Below, in pieces: positions 10,036-20,500 of a stretch of DNA of 64,000 nt. A program made the translations under genes and the position numbers. The stretch is from Candidatus Multivoradales bacterium (GTDB lineage: Bacteria > Acidobacteriota > Thermoanaerobaculia > Multivoradales > Multivoraceae), in NCBI GenBank assembly GCA_965223325.1, contig CBDCWI010000001.1, forward strand, positions 1,984,001-2,048,000, given 5' to 3'. Each line of letters starts with the position of its first letter. Position 1 is the stretch's first letter. The notes beneath the pieces are model-generated. The model saw only the letters and a list, made by a program, of their open reading frames with translations, made no database searches and was not told where the DNA came from.

Positions 10036-12053
10036 CGACCGCCTGAGGCGGTAGCCCCCCCGACCTCCTCGCCGAGCAGGAACTTCTTGACGAACAGGAT
10101 CGTCGAGTAGAACTGGTAGTCGGCGTTTCGGCGCTTCCTGAAACCATGGCCCTCGTCCTCGGCGACCAGATACCAGGCGGGCACTCCGCGCTCGTGGACC
10201 ATGTCGATGATCTGGTCGGACTCCGAGACCGGCACCCGTGGGTCGTTGCGACCATGGACCAGGAAGATCGGCTTCTCGATGTCCGCCACGTGGTTGAGCG
10301 GTGCGATCTTCTCGAGAAAGGCGTACATCTCAGGGTCGCGCTCGTCACCGTACTCGACCCGCCGCAGGTCGCGACGGTAGCCCTGGGTGTTCTCGAGGAA
10401 GGTGCGCAGGTTCGAGATGCCAACCACCGCGATCGAGCAACAGATGCGATCGTTGTAGCGCGTCGCGGTGGCGAAGGTCATGTGGCCACCGTAGGAGCCG
10501 CCGGTAACCAGAATGCGACTCGCATCGAGCCCTGGGTCCTTCTCGATCCAGTCGAAAAGCGCGTCGATGTCTTCATAGGATCCCTCGCGCTTGAACCCAT
10601 TGTCGCGCATGACGAAGGTCTTGCCAAAACCCGACGAGCCGCGCACGTTGGGATAGATCACTGCGATTCCGAGCTCTTCGATGTAGTAGTTCGAACGCCC
10701 CTTGAACGTCGGCCGACTCTGCCCCTCAGGGCCACCGTGAATGTTGACGATCACCGGCCGCGGGCCCGTGAAGCGTGCCGGAGGCCGATAGAGAAAGCCC
10801 GAGATCGAAAGGCCATCGTGGGCGGGCCAGCGCACCAGTTCGGGCTCACTGAAACGTGATGGGTCGAGACCTCCGGTCTCAGACCTGGTCCAGCGGGTGA
10901 CTTCCTGGGTTTTGGCGTCGACCGAATAGACGTCGCCCGAGGAGCGCGCCGAGGAGAGCACAAAAGCGAGGTCGCGCCCGTTGTCGTGCCACGACACCCC
11001 GCCGAAGACACCGTTCGGGATCGTGGAGACCGCGGTCCGTTCCCCGTTGGCTACGTCGTAGAGAAAGAGCCTGGCGTAGCCTTCCTCATTGACGGTGAAG
11101 GCGAGGGTCTTCCCGTCTGGTGAGAGCGAAATCGAGCTCACATCCCACGGGATGTCACCGGTCAGGACCTCGAGCGACCGGGTGGCAACGTCGAGTTCGA
11201 CCAGCTGACGGAACTCCGATCCGGCGTCGGTCGTCGCCCAGATCGTCTTGCCGTCTTTCGAGATCTCGCCACCCCTCCACGCCACCGCCTCGCCCGCGGC
11301 GGGGTCGGGCGAGACCGGCGAGACCTCACCCGAAGCAGCATCGACGCGCCAGAGAGAACTCTGGTTGATCGAGCGGTAGCGCGACAAGAGGACGTCTTCA
11401 TCTCCTGGGAACCAGTCGACGACTCCCCAGCCGCCGCCTTCGAGCGTCGTGACTTCGCGACCGCCCTCGAAATCGAACGGGCGCACGACGAACAACTTGG
11501 TGAAGGCCCCGTCTGGATCAGCGTCGACCCGACTGTAGGCATAGCGACTGCCATCCTGAGACCACTCGCCCGGAGCGTTGCGCTTCTCACCATCCGAGAG
11601 CAGCTGCCACGAGCCGTCTCTGAGATCGAAGCGATAGATCTGGTAGAACTCATCGCCGCCTGTGTCTTTGGCAAAGATGAACGACTCGCCGCTTCGCTTG
11701 TCGTAGTCGGCACCGCGCACCGGCTCACGAAAGAAGGTCACCTGCTCGCGTGCGCCACCGGGCACCCTGACGCGGTGGATCTGACTGGCGTCGGCGAAAC
11801 GGGTCGAGATCAGCATCTCGCGGCGCGTCGGATGCCAGCTTGCGAACCCGGCAGAGCGGATCTCGGAGTAGCGGCGCGCGGATTCGGCCAATTCGAGTGG
11901 GATCGGCGGCACCCGCCGAATGTCGAGATTGTCGCCGGGGGCGAGAATCGCGGCTTCATCGGCCGCTGCCGGCACGACGGCGACCACCAAGGCCAGAAGG
12001 GAAACCGTCAGTACCGAGGCCAGGAAGGGGACTGTCGCACGCTCGAAGGTCAT
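10032..12053 (-). CDS. S9 family (prolyl oligopeptidase/acylaminoacyl) peptidase, secreted
   Basis: Signal peptide, beta-propeller region, HGGPE, NVRGSSGFG, GGSYGG, GRNDPRVP, EGHGF. AGGAGG SD before ATG 12053. Confidence 0.93.
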   Translation of the reverse strand: MTFERATVPFLASVLTVSLLALVVAVVPAAADEAAILAPGDNLDIRRVPPIPLELAESARRYSEIRSAGFASWHPTRREMLISTRFADASQIHRVRVPGGAREQVTFFREPVRGADYDKRSGESFIFAKDTGGDEFYQIYRFDLRDGSWQLLSDGEKRNAPGEWSQDGSRYAYSRVDADPDGAFTKLFVVRPFDFEGGREVTTLEGGGWGVVDWFPGDEDVLLSRYRSINQSSLWRVDAASGEVSPVSPDPAAGEAVAWRGGEISKDGKTIWATTDAGSEFRQLVELDVATRSLEVLTGDIPWDVSSISLSPDGKTLAFTVNEEGYARLFLYDVANGERTAVSTIPNGVFGGVSWHDNGRDLAFVLSSARSSGDVYSVDAKTQEVTRWTRSETGGLDPSRFSEPELVRWPAHDGLSISGFLYRPPARFTGPRPVIVNIHGGPEGQSRPTFKGRSNYYIEELGIAVIYPNVRGSSGFGKTFVMRDNGFKREGSYEDIDALFDWIEKDPGLDASRILVTGGSYGGHMTFATATRYNDRICCSIAVVGISNLRTFLENTQGYRRDLRRVEYGDERDPEMYAFLEKIAPLNHVADIEKPIFLVHGRNDPRVPVSESDQIIDMVHERGVPAWYLVAEDEGHGFRKRRNADYQFYSTILFVKKFLLGEEVGGATASGGR

Positions 12054-12249
12054 GGGCGCCTCCTGTCGGGGTCGATGGGTGTCTGAAGGGAGCGGGAGAC
12101 ACTCAAGATACCGCGAAGCCGCCTGAGGTCGAATCGAGAATGGTGGCAACGATCAGCCGGGCATTGGCCCAGTTCACTTTGCGACGCACAAATCGCCTGG
12201 CGTCCACTAACCTGTCCAGGCACTGCCCTCCTGCCCACTGGAGAACCCC

Positions 12250-13164
12250 ATGAAACTCACCTTTCTCCTCGCCTCCTCTCTGGCGATCATTCTCGCCTGT
12301 GGGCCGCTCCATGCAGCTGAGGTCACCGTCAAGACCGTTGCCACCATCGACGCGGGTTCGGGCGGGATCTCGGTCGGGCCCGATGGCCGCATCTACAGTG
12401 CCGACTTCGGGTCCAAGCTGGGCGGCGGCGGAGTCGGTGGCACCCAGGTGTGGGCGATCACCACCGGTGGCGAGACCGAGGTCTTCGCCAAAGGCCTCGA
12501 AGGCGCGTCGGGCCACGCCTGGGACGCAGAAGGCCACCTCTACCAGTCGAACATTCGCGGCAACAAGATCAGCCGCATCGCACCCGATGGCACAGTCACC
12601 GACGTGGTGAGCGAAGGCATCGTCAACCCCGTCGGCATTGTCATCACCGCCGACGGCAGCTTGCGCGTCGCGAACTGCGGCAACGGCACGATCCGCCGAG
12701 TCACACCCACTGGCGAATCGACCGAGTTCGTAAGCAGTCCGCTACTCAAGTGCCCCAACGGCCTGGCCCTGGATGAGGACGGCAATCTCTATGCCGCGAA
12801 CTTCTACGATGGTTCAGTGATCAAGATCACGCCCGCCGGCGAAGCAGAGCTCTTGGCGACTCTCCCCGGCAACAACAACGGCCACATCCACTACGCCAAC
12901 GGCGAGCTCCTGGTGGTTGCACGCACTGCTCACCAGATCTACCGCGTCTCGCTCGACGGCAAAGTCGAGCTGTTGGCGGGTTCCGGTGAGAAGGGCGGTG
13001 CCGACGGTCCGGCAAACGAGGCGAGCTTCTGTTTCCCCAACGACATCACCACCAGCCATGACGGGCGAACGGTGTGGGTCAATGACATCGGCAACGAAGA
13101 GACGAACGGCATGAACGCTCTTGGCCCCACCCGCATACGTCGTATCGATCTCGGCGAAGACTGA
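12250..13164 (+). CDS. Secreted NHL/SMP-30-like beta-propeller protein
   Basis: Signal peptide (LHA-A) and repeated 'P.GI.....G.LYVAN' blades. Confidence 0.85.
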   Translation: MKLTFLLASSLAIILACGPLHAAEVTVKTVATIDAGSGGISVGPDGRIYSADFGSKLGGGGVGGTQVWAITTGGETEVFAKGLEGASGHAWDAEGHLYQSNIRGNKISRIAPDGTVTDVVSEGIVNPVGIVITADGSLRVANCGNGTIRRVTPTGESTEFVSSPLLKCPNGLALDEDGNLYAANFYDGSVIKITPAGEAELLATLPGNNNGHIHYANGELLVVARTAHQIYRVSLDGKVELLAGSGEKGGADGPANEASFCFPNDITTSHDGRTVWVNDIGNEETNGMNALGPTRIRRIDLGED

Positions 13165-13216
13165 GCAGAAGGTCGCCCCTGATGCATCTCTTCGAGCGGT
13201 AGTAGTCTGGAGCCCA

Positions 13217-14728
13217 ATGTCCGAACAGCAACCGCAGTTGGTGCGGTCGCTGGGCCTTCTCGGCCTGGTGGCCACGGGGATCTGCGCCATGATGGGCGCG
13301 GCGATCAACATCATTCCGATCGCCGTGCAACGAACGGTTCCCGAGATCGGTCCGTGGGTGCTGTTGGCCTATGCCGCCGCCGCCGTCCCCGCTCTCCTGG
13401 CGGCCCTGGCGTTTGCGATTCTCGGTTCGGCGATGCCCCGCGCCGGCGGCAGTTACCTCTACGCCAGCCGCGCTCTTCACCCCTACCTCGGCTTCGTCGC
13501 CAGTTTCTCGCAGTGGTTCGGTCTATCGACGGCAATTGGCGTTGTGTCGTGGATGCTGGTTCCCTTTCTGCGCGATGTCGCGGCCGGCCTCGGCCAGGAG
13601 GGCCTTGCTCACGGCCTCGAGCAGTCCCCGATTCGGCTAGCGATCGCTCTGGGTTTCCTGTGGCTCTTCGTCGCTGTCAACATCCTCGGACTCGAGCTCT
13701 ATGAGCGCACACTCGTGCCGCTCATGTTCGTGATGTTCGCTGCGGCAGCAGTGGTAATCGTGACGGCGTTCCTCTACGACCAGAGCGACTTTCTAGCGGC
13801 CGTTCTGGCCCAGGAAGGTGTTTCGCACATCGTCCCGGAGGCACCGCCGTTTTCGTGGAGCGCTCTCATCGCCACCTCGGTCATTCTGTTCTCGAGTTTC
13901 ATCGGCTTCGACTCGATCGCCCAGGCAGGCGGCGAGGCGCAGAACCCGAGGCGTTCTCTGCCGCTGGCGATTTTCCTGGCGGTCACCATCGTGGGCTCCT
14001 TCTACCTCGCCTTCACCGCTGCGATGTATTACCTGGTGCCGTGGTCTTTCATGGCTGAGAGAAGCCTCGAGACCGACCTCACGGCGCCCGGCCTGCTCAG
14101 CTACCTGCTGCCAGCGAAACTCACCGTACTGATCACCGCCGGAGCCGCGATCGCACTCATCAACGACTTGCCGGCCATGCTCCTGGCCGTCTCACGGCTG
14201 GTCTTTGCATGGTCCGAAGACCGAATCTTCCCGCGCTTTCTGGCACGCATCCATCCACGCTTTCACACTCCCCATCGCGCCATCATCGCCAGCGGCGCCG
14301 TTGCGACCCTTTCGATTCTCGGCTGTGCTCTCGCCGGCGACTTCTTCCTGGGCGTCGACATCCTGGTAACGGCTCTGATCGTCACCTTTCTCTTGATGTG
14401 CCTCTCCGTCATCGCCCTACCCCATCGCAATCCGCAGCTGGCGAAGGAAATCCGACTCCTCAGGAGCCGACCGCTCCAGCTTCTTCTGTGCGGTGGCGGT
14501 GCATTGATTCTCACGCTCTATCTCGCGGTTCACGTACAACGCGATCTCGCCGCCACCCACCCCTACTGGTTCTTCCACTCCACCTGGTCCTGGCTCGCGG
14601 TCATGGGCCTGGCGAGTGTGGTGTTTTTCTTCTACTGGCAACGCCTGGGAGCGACCGATCCCGAGCGGGACGAGCGGTTTCGCAACCTGCCGGCCGACGC
14701 ACTGGACGTCGAATCTCCGGCTCGATGA
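13217..14728 (+). CDS. APC-family amino acid permease
   Basis: LVRSLGL, SAMPRAGGSYLY, FIGFD...GGEAQNPRRSLP, SRLVFAWSED..FP, about 12 TM segments. Confidence 0.92.
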   Translation: MSEQQPQLVRSLGLLGLVATGICAMMGAAINIIPIAVQRTVPEIGPWVLLAYAAAAVPALLAALAFAILGSAMPRAGGSYLYASRALHPYLGFVASFSQWFGLSTAIGVVSWMLVPFLRDVAAGLGQEGLAHGLEQSPIRLAIALGFLWLFVAVNILGLELYERTLVPLMFVMFAAAAVVIVTAFLYDQSDFLAAVLAQEGVSHIVPEAPPFSWSALIATSVILFSSFIGFDSIAQAGGEAQNPRRSLPLAIFLAVTIVGSFYLAFTAAMYYLVPWSFMAERSLETDLTAPGLLSYLLPAKLTVLITAGAAIALINDLPAMLLAVSRLVFAWSEDRIFPRFLARIHPRFHTPHRAIIASGAVATLSILGCALAGDFFLGVDILVTALIVTFLLMCLSVIALPHRNPQLAKEIRLLRSRPLQLLLCGGGALILTLYLAVHVQRDLAATHPYWFFHSTWSWLAVMGLASVVFFFYWQRLGATDPERDERFRNLPADALDVESPAR

Positions 14729-15612
14729 ACCCCTACACCGAACAAGAAGCCCTGCCTTCGACGGACGGGGTTCGGTTGGTCGTGCTCGAACGTCCATCGC
14801 CGAACGGGGCGGGCGGACCCGTCTTGCTGATCGCTCACGCGACGGGCTTTCACGCGCGGGTCTACGACCCAATGCTCGCGACCTGGGATCGCGCCCACCT
14901 CATAGCGGCCGATCTGCGTGGCCACGGCGACGCGCTTGTCCCCGCCGGACTCGATTTCGCCTGGCAGAGTTTCGTCGACGACCTCGAAGCCATCAAGAAG
15001 GCCAAGAGCGGCGACCAACAGCTTCTGGGCTTCGGTCACTCGATGGGCGGGGCATGCCTTCTGATGCTCGAGCTCAGGTGCCCGGGGACCTTCGCCGGGC
15101 TCTACTGCTACGAACCAGTCGTCTATCCCCCAGCCGCCGCTACCAGTGAGCGACGGGCCTCGACCTGGATCGAACGCACTCTGCGCCGGCGCGCTGAGTT
15201 TCCCTCACGAGAAAGCGCCATCCTCAACTACGCTGGCAAGCCGCCTTACCAGTCGTGGGACCGGCGCGCCCTCGAGTGCTTCGTCGACCATGGCTTTCAC
15301 CGCGAGAGCGATGGATCGCTCCACATCAAATGCCGCCCTGAAACCGAAGCCGCCTGCTACCGCATGGGGCCGAACCACGACACCTGGGAGCACCTGGCCG
15401 AGCTCGATTGCCCGGTGACGATCGGCCGCGGCGGACGCGGTGAACCCGGGCCATCCGCCTGGGCAGAGGACATCTCTCGGCGCATTCCCGGCGCAACCTT
15501 TGAAGAGTTCGACGGACTCGGTCATCTGGGCCCGATGGAAGACCCCGAACGCGTCGCAGGGGCCGTGGCCCTGCGTCTTGCCGGAGTGAGTTCCGGTATG
15601 GGTGGGCAGTAG
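14725..15612 (+). CDS. Alpha/beta hydrolase
   Basis: HATGF, DLRGHG, GHSMGG, GHLGPMEDP. ATGA overlap with the permease stop codon. Confidence 0.9.
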   Translation: MNPYTEQEALPSTDGVRLVVLERPSPNGAGGPVLLIAHATGFHARVYDPMLATWDRAHLIAADLRGHGDALVPAGLDFAWQSFVDDLEAIKKAKSGDQQLLGFGHSMGGACLLMLELRCPGTFAGLYCYEPVVYPPAAATSERRASTWIERTLRRRAEFPSRESAILNYAGKPPYQSWDRRALECFVDHGFHRESDGSLHIKCRPETEAACYRMGPNHDTWEHLAELDCPVTIGRGGRGEPGPSAWAEDISRRIPGATFEEFDGLGHLGPMEDPERVAGAVALRLAGVSSGMGGQ

Positions 15613-15617
15613 ACAGT

Positions 15618-15636
15618 GGCGTAAAAAAGGCGTAAA
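15618..15636 (+). promoter_or_regulatory. Candidate operator: GGCGTAAA direct repeat with 11-bp period
   Basis: GGCGTAAA at 15618-15625 and 15629-15636, about 45 nt upstream of the next start codon. Confidence 0.3.
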
Positions 15637-15681
15637 CTCCCTTTCTCACCTTCGCAACACCCTTCGAGAGAGGAGCACCTC

Positions 15682-16044
15682 ATGGCCGGACCCGCCCTGC
15701 ACACGTTCAACGTTCACTGTCTGGGGTCACCAACACTGGCGGCAGCTGAAACCCATGCGGAGCTGCCGGAGGACCCGGCGTCGCTCGGCCTTGCGGCTCT
15801 GGCAGAGTCACGACTCTCGATCGAAGTGTTCTCGGAGGTGCTCGGCGAGACCATTCTTCTGGTTGGCAACGGGGTCGAATACCCGGCCGACGAGCAGCGG
15901 GTCGTCTACCGCTCTGACGAGCTCGAGATGCTGCTGGAACTCGATCGGCCACAGGTCGTGCGCCTTCATCAACTCAAGAAGCTCTTCCGGGGCACTCTCT
16001 TCGCCGGTTCAGCGTTCGGAGAAACCGTCACTGTGCAGGGCTAA
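15682..16044 (+). CDS. Hypothetical protein (120 aa)
   Basis: Strong GAGAGGAG SD, genome-typical codon usage, fills an intergenic gap. Confidence 0.7.
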   Translation: MAGPALHTFNVHCLGSPTLAAAETHAELPEDPASLGLAALAESRLSIEVFSEVLGETILLVGNGVEYPADEQRVVYRSDELEMLLELDRPQVVRLHQLKKLFRGTLFAGSAFGETVTVQG

Positions 16045-16154
16045 GTGCTGCCAACGCTTCGGTTTAGCACCAATCGTCGATACAGTTCCCGGGTCAGGAG
16101 TGGCATGGCCTGGTGGCCGGTGCCCCTATCTTCCGAGCCCGCAAGGGGACAGAG

Positions 16155-16454
16155 ATGATCGTCGTATCCGGAACCATCGCCATCGACCCGATCGACAGTG
16201 AGGTGGCGCAGGCGGCCGCCCGCGCCATTGCCGAGGCTACCCGGCAAGAAGAAGGCTGCCTGAGCTACGCCTTCTACTCTGATCTAGAGCGGCCGGGCGT
16301 CTATCGGGTGTTCGAGGAGTGGGAAAGCCTGGCGGCCCTCCAGAACCACTTCGAAACCGAACACATGAAGGCGTTTCGAGAAGTCCTCGCTGCAGTCAAG
16401 GTGCTCAGCCGCGACATCAAGCGCTATGAGGTCACCGAGATCGCACCGCTCTAG
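16155..16454 (+). CDS. Antibiotic biosynthesis monooxygenase / putative quinol monooxygenase
   Basis: TRQEEGCLSY, VFEEWES.AALQNHFETEHM. AAGGGG SD. Confidence 0.9.
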   Translation: MIVVSGTIAIDPIDSEVAQAAARAIAEATRQEEGCLSYAFYSDLERPGVYRVFEEWESLAALQNHFETEHMKAFREVLAAVKVLSRDIKRYEVTEIAPL

Positions 16455-16472
16455 ACATGCCTCTAGACATGC
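16449..16472. repeat. 12-bp tandem duplication CTCTAGACATGC x2
   Basis: Exact copies at 16449-16460 and 16461-16472, overlapping the TAG stop codon. Confidence 0.7.
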
Positions 16473-16545
16473 CCACTACGTTTCGCGGCCCTTCTGGACC
16501 GCCGCGTCGGGAGCTGGGCCCGCCGCCGCTGGAAACGAGTGAGGC

Positions 16546-16971
16546 CTATTCGCCGTCGGCGGGCGGCGGACGCTTGAGGATGAAGGTCCACTGACCGGTC
16601 TGGGTCTCGTCGCCATCGGTGATCGACCAGGTGGCGGTGTACTCGCCGTCCGGCATGGTGCCCACGACGCGTCCCATCAGGTCGTCCTCACCCATGGTGT
16701 GAATGCCGGTCACTTCGAGGCTTCCATTCGGCCCCTCGAGCAGAAACTCAGAGGCCGCAGGGTCAGGGGCCTTGTCGAACCACACCCGGAGCGCACGGAC
16801 CGGGCGCTCGACGGTGGTGCCGTCGGCGGGCTCGAGCTGCTCGACCTCGACCTTGTCGGCAGCGAGGGAGCCCGCGGCCATCAGCGCGAGGCTGACCAGA
16901 AGGACAGCAACCGACGCTAAACGGCGCGCAGGATGAAAGGTGTTTGAGGGTGAGTACTCGGTGATCTTCAT
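16546..16971 (-). CDS. CopC-fold periplasmic protein (degenerate copper ligands)
   Basis: Signal peptide, PADGTTV..P...RVWF, GEYTATW...DG....G.WTF pattern. The canonical His ligands are absent. Confidence 0.7.
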   Translation of the reverse strand: MKITEYSPSNTFHPARRLASVAVLLVSLALMAAGSLAADKVEVEQLEPADGTTVERPVRALRVWFDKAPDPAASEFLLEGPNGSLEVTGIHTMGEDDLMGRVVGTMPDGEYTATWSITDGDETQTGQWTFILKRPPPADGE

Positions 16972-17204
16972 GGGTGGGTCTCCAACAAGTCAGGGGATCA
17001 GGTGGGCAGAGAGCGGCTCGGCGAGGCGCTCGCCGTACCTGGAATGATATCGCTCGAACCGCCAATCCCTGCAACCGACGGCGAGCGCGCAACATTCCAA
17101 TGTACGCTGTCTGGCCCGTGACCCAACCCCTACGTCGATGCGCCAGAACCGGCTCTCGATCTCTCTCGAAAGCAGCAGTTGGCGGCCCGAAGGAGGACTG
17201 ACCC

Positions 17205-17480
17205 ATGTGCAGGAACATCCGGACGCTTCACAATTTCGCCCCTCCGGCGACCCCCGAAGAGGTGCGCTCGGCCGCTCTCCAGTACGTTCGCAAGATCAGC
17301 GGCTACCGAAAGCCGTCGATCGCCAACAGCGCCGCCTTCGAAGCCGCCATTCAAGAGGTCACCCAGGCCACCGAGCGCCTGCTTGCTGGCCTGACGGCCA
17401 CGACCCCGCCCAAGAACCGCGAAGAGGAAATCGAGAAGGCGCGGGCACGGTTTCGCAGGCGTCAACAGGCCGGGCGCTGA
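17205..17480 (+). CDS. DUF2277 family protein
   Basis: MCRNIRTLHNFAPPATPEEV..AALQYVRKISG. AAGGAGG SD. Confidence 0.9.
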   Translation: MCRNIRTLHNFAPPATPEEVRSAALQYVRKISGYRKPSIANSAAFEAAIQEVTQATERLLAGLTATTPPKNREEEIEKARARFRRRQQAGR

Positions 17481-17500
17481 CCGCGGCCTTCCCCTTGAGG

Positions 17501-20500
17501 ATGAAACGCCTCCTGGTCGCCAACCGTGGCGAAATCGCGATCCGCATTCTGCGCTCCGCGCGCGAACGAGGGCTCGAGACCTGCACGGTCTACACCTCGG
17601 ACGAGGGCCACGCGGCTCACGTCGACTTCGCCAACGAAGCGATCGAACTCACACAGGCGGGACCGCAAGGCTTCCTCGACATCGAGCAGCTGATCGAGGT
17701 GGCGCGCACGACGGACTGCGATGCTCTTCACCCAGGGTACGGGTTTGCGAGTGAAGACCCAGAGCTGGCAGAGGCCTGTCGGAAGGCGGGAATCGTGTTC
17801 GTGGGCCCCTCCCCGCAAACCCTGGAACAGCTCGGGGACAAACTCGCGGCGCGCACCATCGCTGACCGCCTCGAGATTCCACCCATCCCGGGCGCTCCCA
17901 CCCGAAGCGCCAAAGAGGCCGAGGCGTTCCTGGCCGAGCTACCGGCGGGGAGTGCCGTCGTGATCAAGGCGGTCGCCGGCGGCGGTGGACGAGGAATGAG
18001 GCGGGTCGAAGACCCTCGAACGGTCGAGACCACCTGGGAACGATGCCGCTCCGAGAGCACGTCGGCTTTTGGCCGCGGCGACGTCTACGTCGAGCGCTAT
18101 CTCGAAGGCATGCGCCACATTGAGGTGCAGATCGCGGGCGACCTTCGAGAAGCTGTTTCTCTGGGGACTCGCGATTGCAGCGTGCAACGACGTCACCAGA
18201 AAGTTCTCGAGATCGCTCCCGCGCTCGGCCTGGCGCCGGATCTCGTGGCACGCCTCGAGCACTGGGCCTGTGAGCTGGCCTCTGAGCTCGGCTATCAGAA
18301 CCTCGGCACAGTCGAGTTTCTCGTCGATGGCAGCCGGAACCCAGGAGACGAAGCCTTCTTTCTCGAGGTCAATCCGCGCCTGCAAGTCGAACACACGGTC
18401 ACCGAAGAGGCGACCGGTCTCGACCTGGTCGGTCTGCAGCTGGCGCTCGCTGATGGACAGTCTCTCGAACAGTGCGGCCTTCGTCCTGGCTCGTCGCCAC
18501 CAGTGATCGCCACCGCCCTCCAACTGCGCATCAACGCCGAACGCTACGAACAGAGCGGCGAGGTACGACCGACCGGTGGTCGAATCGACGGGCTGCGTTT
18601 TCCCACCGGACCAGGCATTCGCATTGACACCTACGCAAGACAAGGGGTGTCGACCAGCCCGGCCTTTGACTCGCTGCTCGCGAAACTCGTGGTCTCGCTA
18701 GAGGGCGATGGCCGCGTCGACCCTGAGGTGTGGTCCCGGCTTCTCGAACGAGCACGCGGCGCGCTCGAAGAGACCGAGATCGAAGGCCTGCTGACCAACC
18801 TGCCTGTGCTCGCCAGCATCCTTCGAGAGGCCGACGTGGCAACGCTTCGGTTTCACACCCGCTGGCTCGAAGAGCGCCTGCCGGATCTCCCCCTTGGAAG
18901 CGAGCCGATCGGCCATGCGATCAGGAACCCAGGCAGCGCTGGAGCGGCGGTCGACCCGCGCGATCCACTCGCGGTGTTGGCCTTCGGCAAAGGTGCCATA
19001 GCAGGCGCTCTGCCCGCGACCTCGACGAGGTCCGCGCCCTCCTCGAACGCCGAGGCCGGACCCGACATCGTTCCGGCACCATTGCAGGGAACCATCGTTT
19101 CTCTCGAGGTCGGCCTCGAGGACTCCGTACAAGAGGGTCAGGCAATCCTGGTGCTCGAGTCGATGAAGATGGAACATCTGGTTGCGGCACCCCACGCGGG
19201 GATTGTGCGCGAGTTCCTGGTCGCACCAGGCGACACCATCTACGAAGGACACCCCCTGGCTCGGGTCGAGCCCGCAGACGTTGTGGACACTCTCTCCACT
19301 GCTGACGACGGAGGAGAGGACCCGGGGTTCATTCGTCCCGACCTCGCTGACGCCCTCGCACGCCAGGCCAAGCGCCTCGACGCCGAGCGACCAGAGGCGG
19401 TGGCGCGGCGTCGTAAGACAGGCCAACGCACGGCGCGCGAGAACGTCGAGGATCTGTGCGATCCCGACAGCTTCTTCGAGTACGGCTCCCTGGTGATCGC
19501 CGCCCGTCGCCGGCGGCAGCCCCTTCAGGAACTGATCGACCGCACCCCGGCCGACGGTCTGATCACCGGAGTCGGCACAGTCAACGGCAACCTCTTCGGT
19601 AACGAGAAGGCACGGTGTGCGGTGCTCTCCTACGACTACACAGTGCTTGCCGGTACCCAGGGCAAGAAGAACCACGACAAGAAGGACCGTCTCTTCGAGC
19701 TCGCCGAACGCGAGAGGTTGCCGGTCGTCTTCTTCACCGAGGGCGGCGGCGGGCGCCCAGGAGACACCGACGTCATCGGAGTCGCAGGTCTCGACTGCAT
19801 GGCGTTTCACATCTTTGGCCGATTGAGCGGCCTGGTGCCACTGGTCGGCATCAACTCGGGCCGCTGTTTCGCTGGCAACGCGGCACTACTCGGCTGTTGC
19901 GACGTTGTCATCGCCACTTTGAACTCGAACATCGGCATGGGGGGGCCGGCGATGATCGAAGGTGGCGGGCTGGGTGTCTTTCGCCCCGAAGACATCGGCC
20001 CGATCGACGTCCAGGCCGACAACGGCGTGGTGGACATCGTCGCGCGTGACGAGGCGGAAGCGGTCGCTTTCGCCAAGCAGTACCTGTCGTACTTCCAGGG
20101 ATCGGTCTCGGAGTGGACTGCCCGCGACCAGCGCCTGCTACGGCACGTCATTCCGGAGAACCGTTTGCGCATCTACGAGGTGCGCCGCGTCGTCGAGGGG
20201 CTGGCAGACGAAGGCTCGGTTCTCGAGCTGCGTCAGCGCTTCGGGAAGGGCATGGTCACCGCACTCGCGCGTATCGAAAGCCGACCGATAGGAATCGTCG
20301 CCAACGACCCGGCCCACCTCGCCGGCGCGATCACCTCCGACGGCGCGGACAAGGCGGCTCGTTTTCTCCAACTCTGCGACGCGCACGACCTGCCGGTGCT
20401 GTTTCTGTGTGACACCCCCGGCATCATGGTGGGTCCAGAGGCAGAAAAGACAGCGCTCGTTCGTCACGCGGCGCGCATGTTCGTTGTCGGTGCGAGCATC

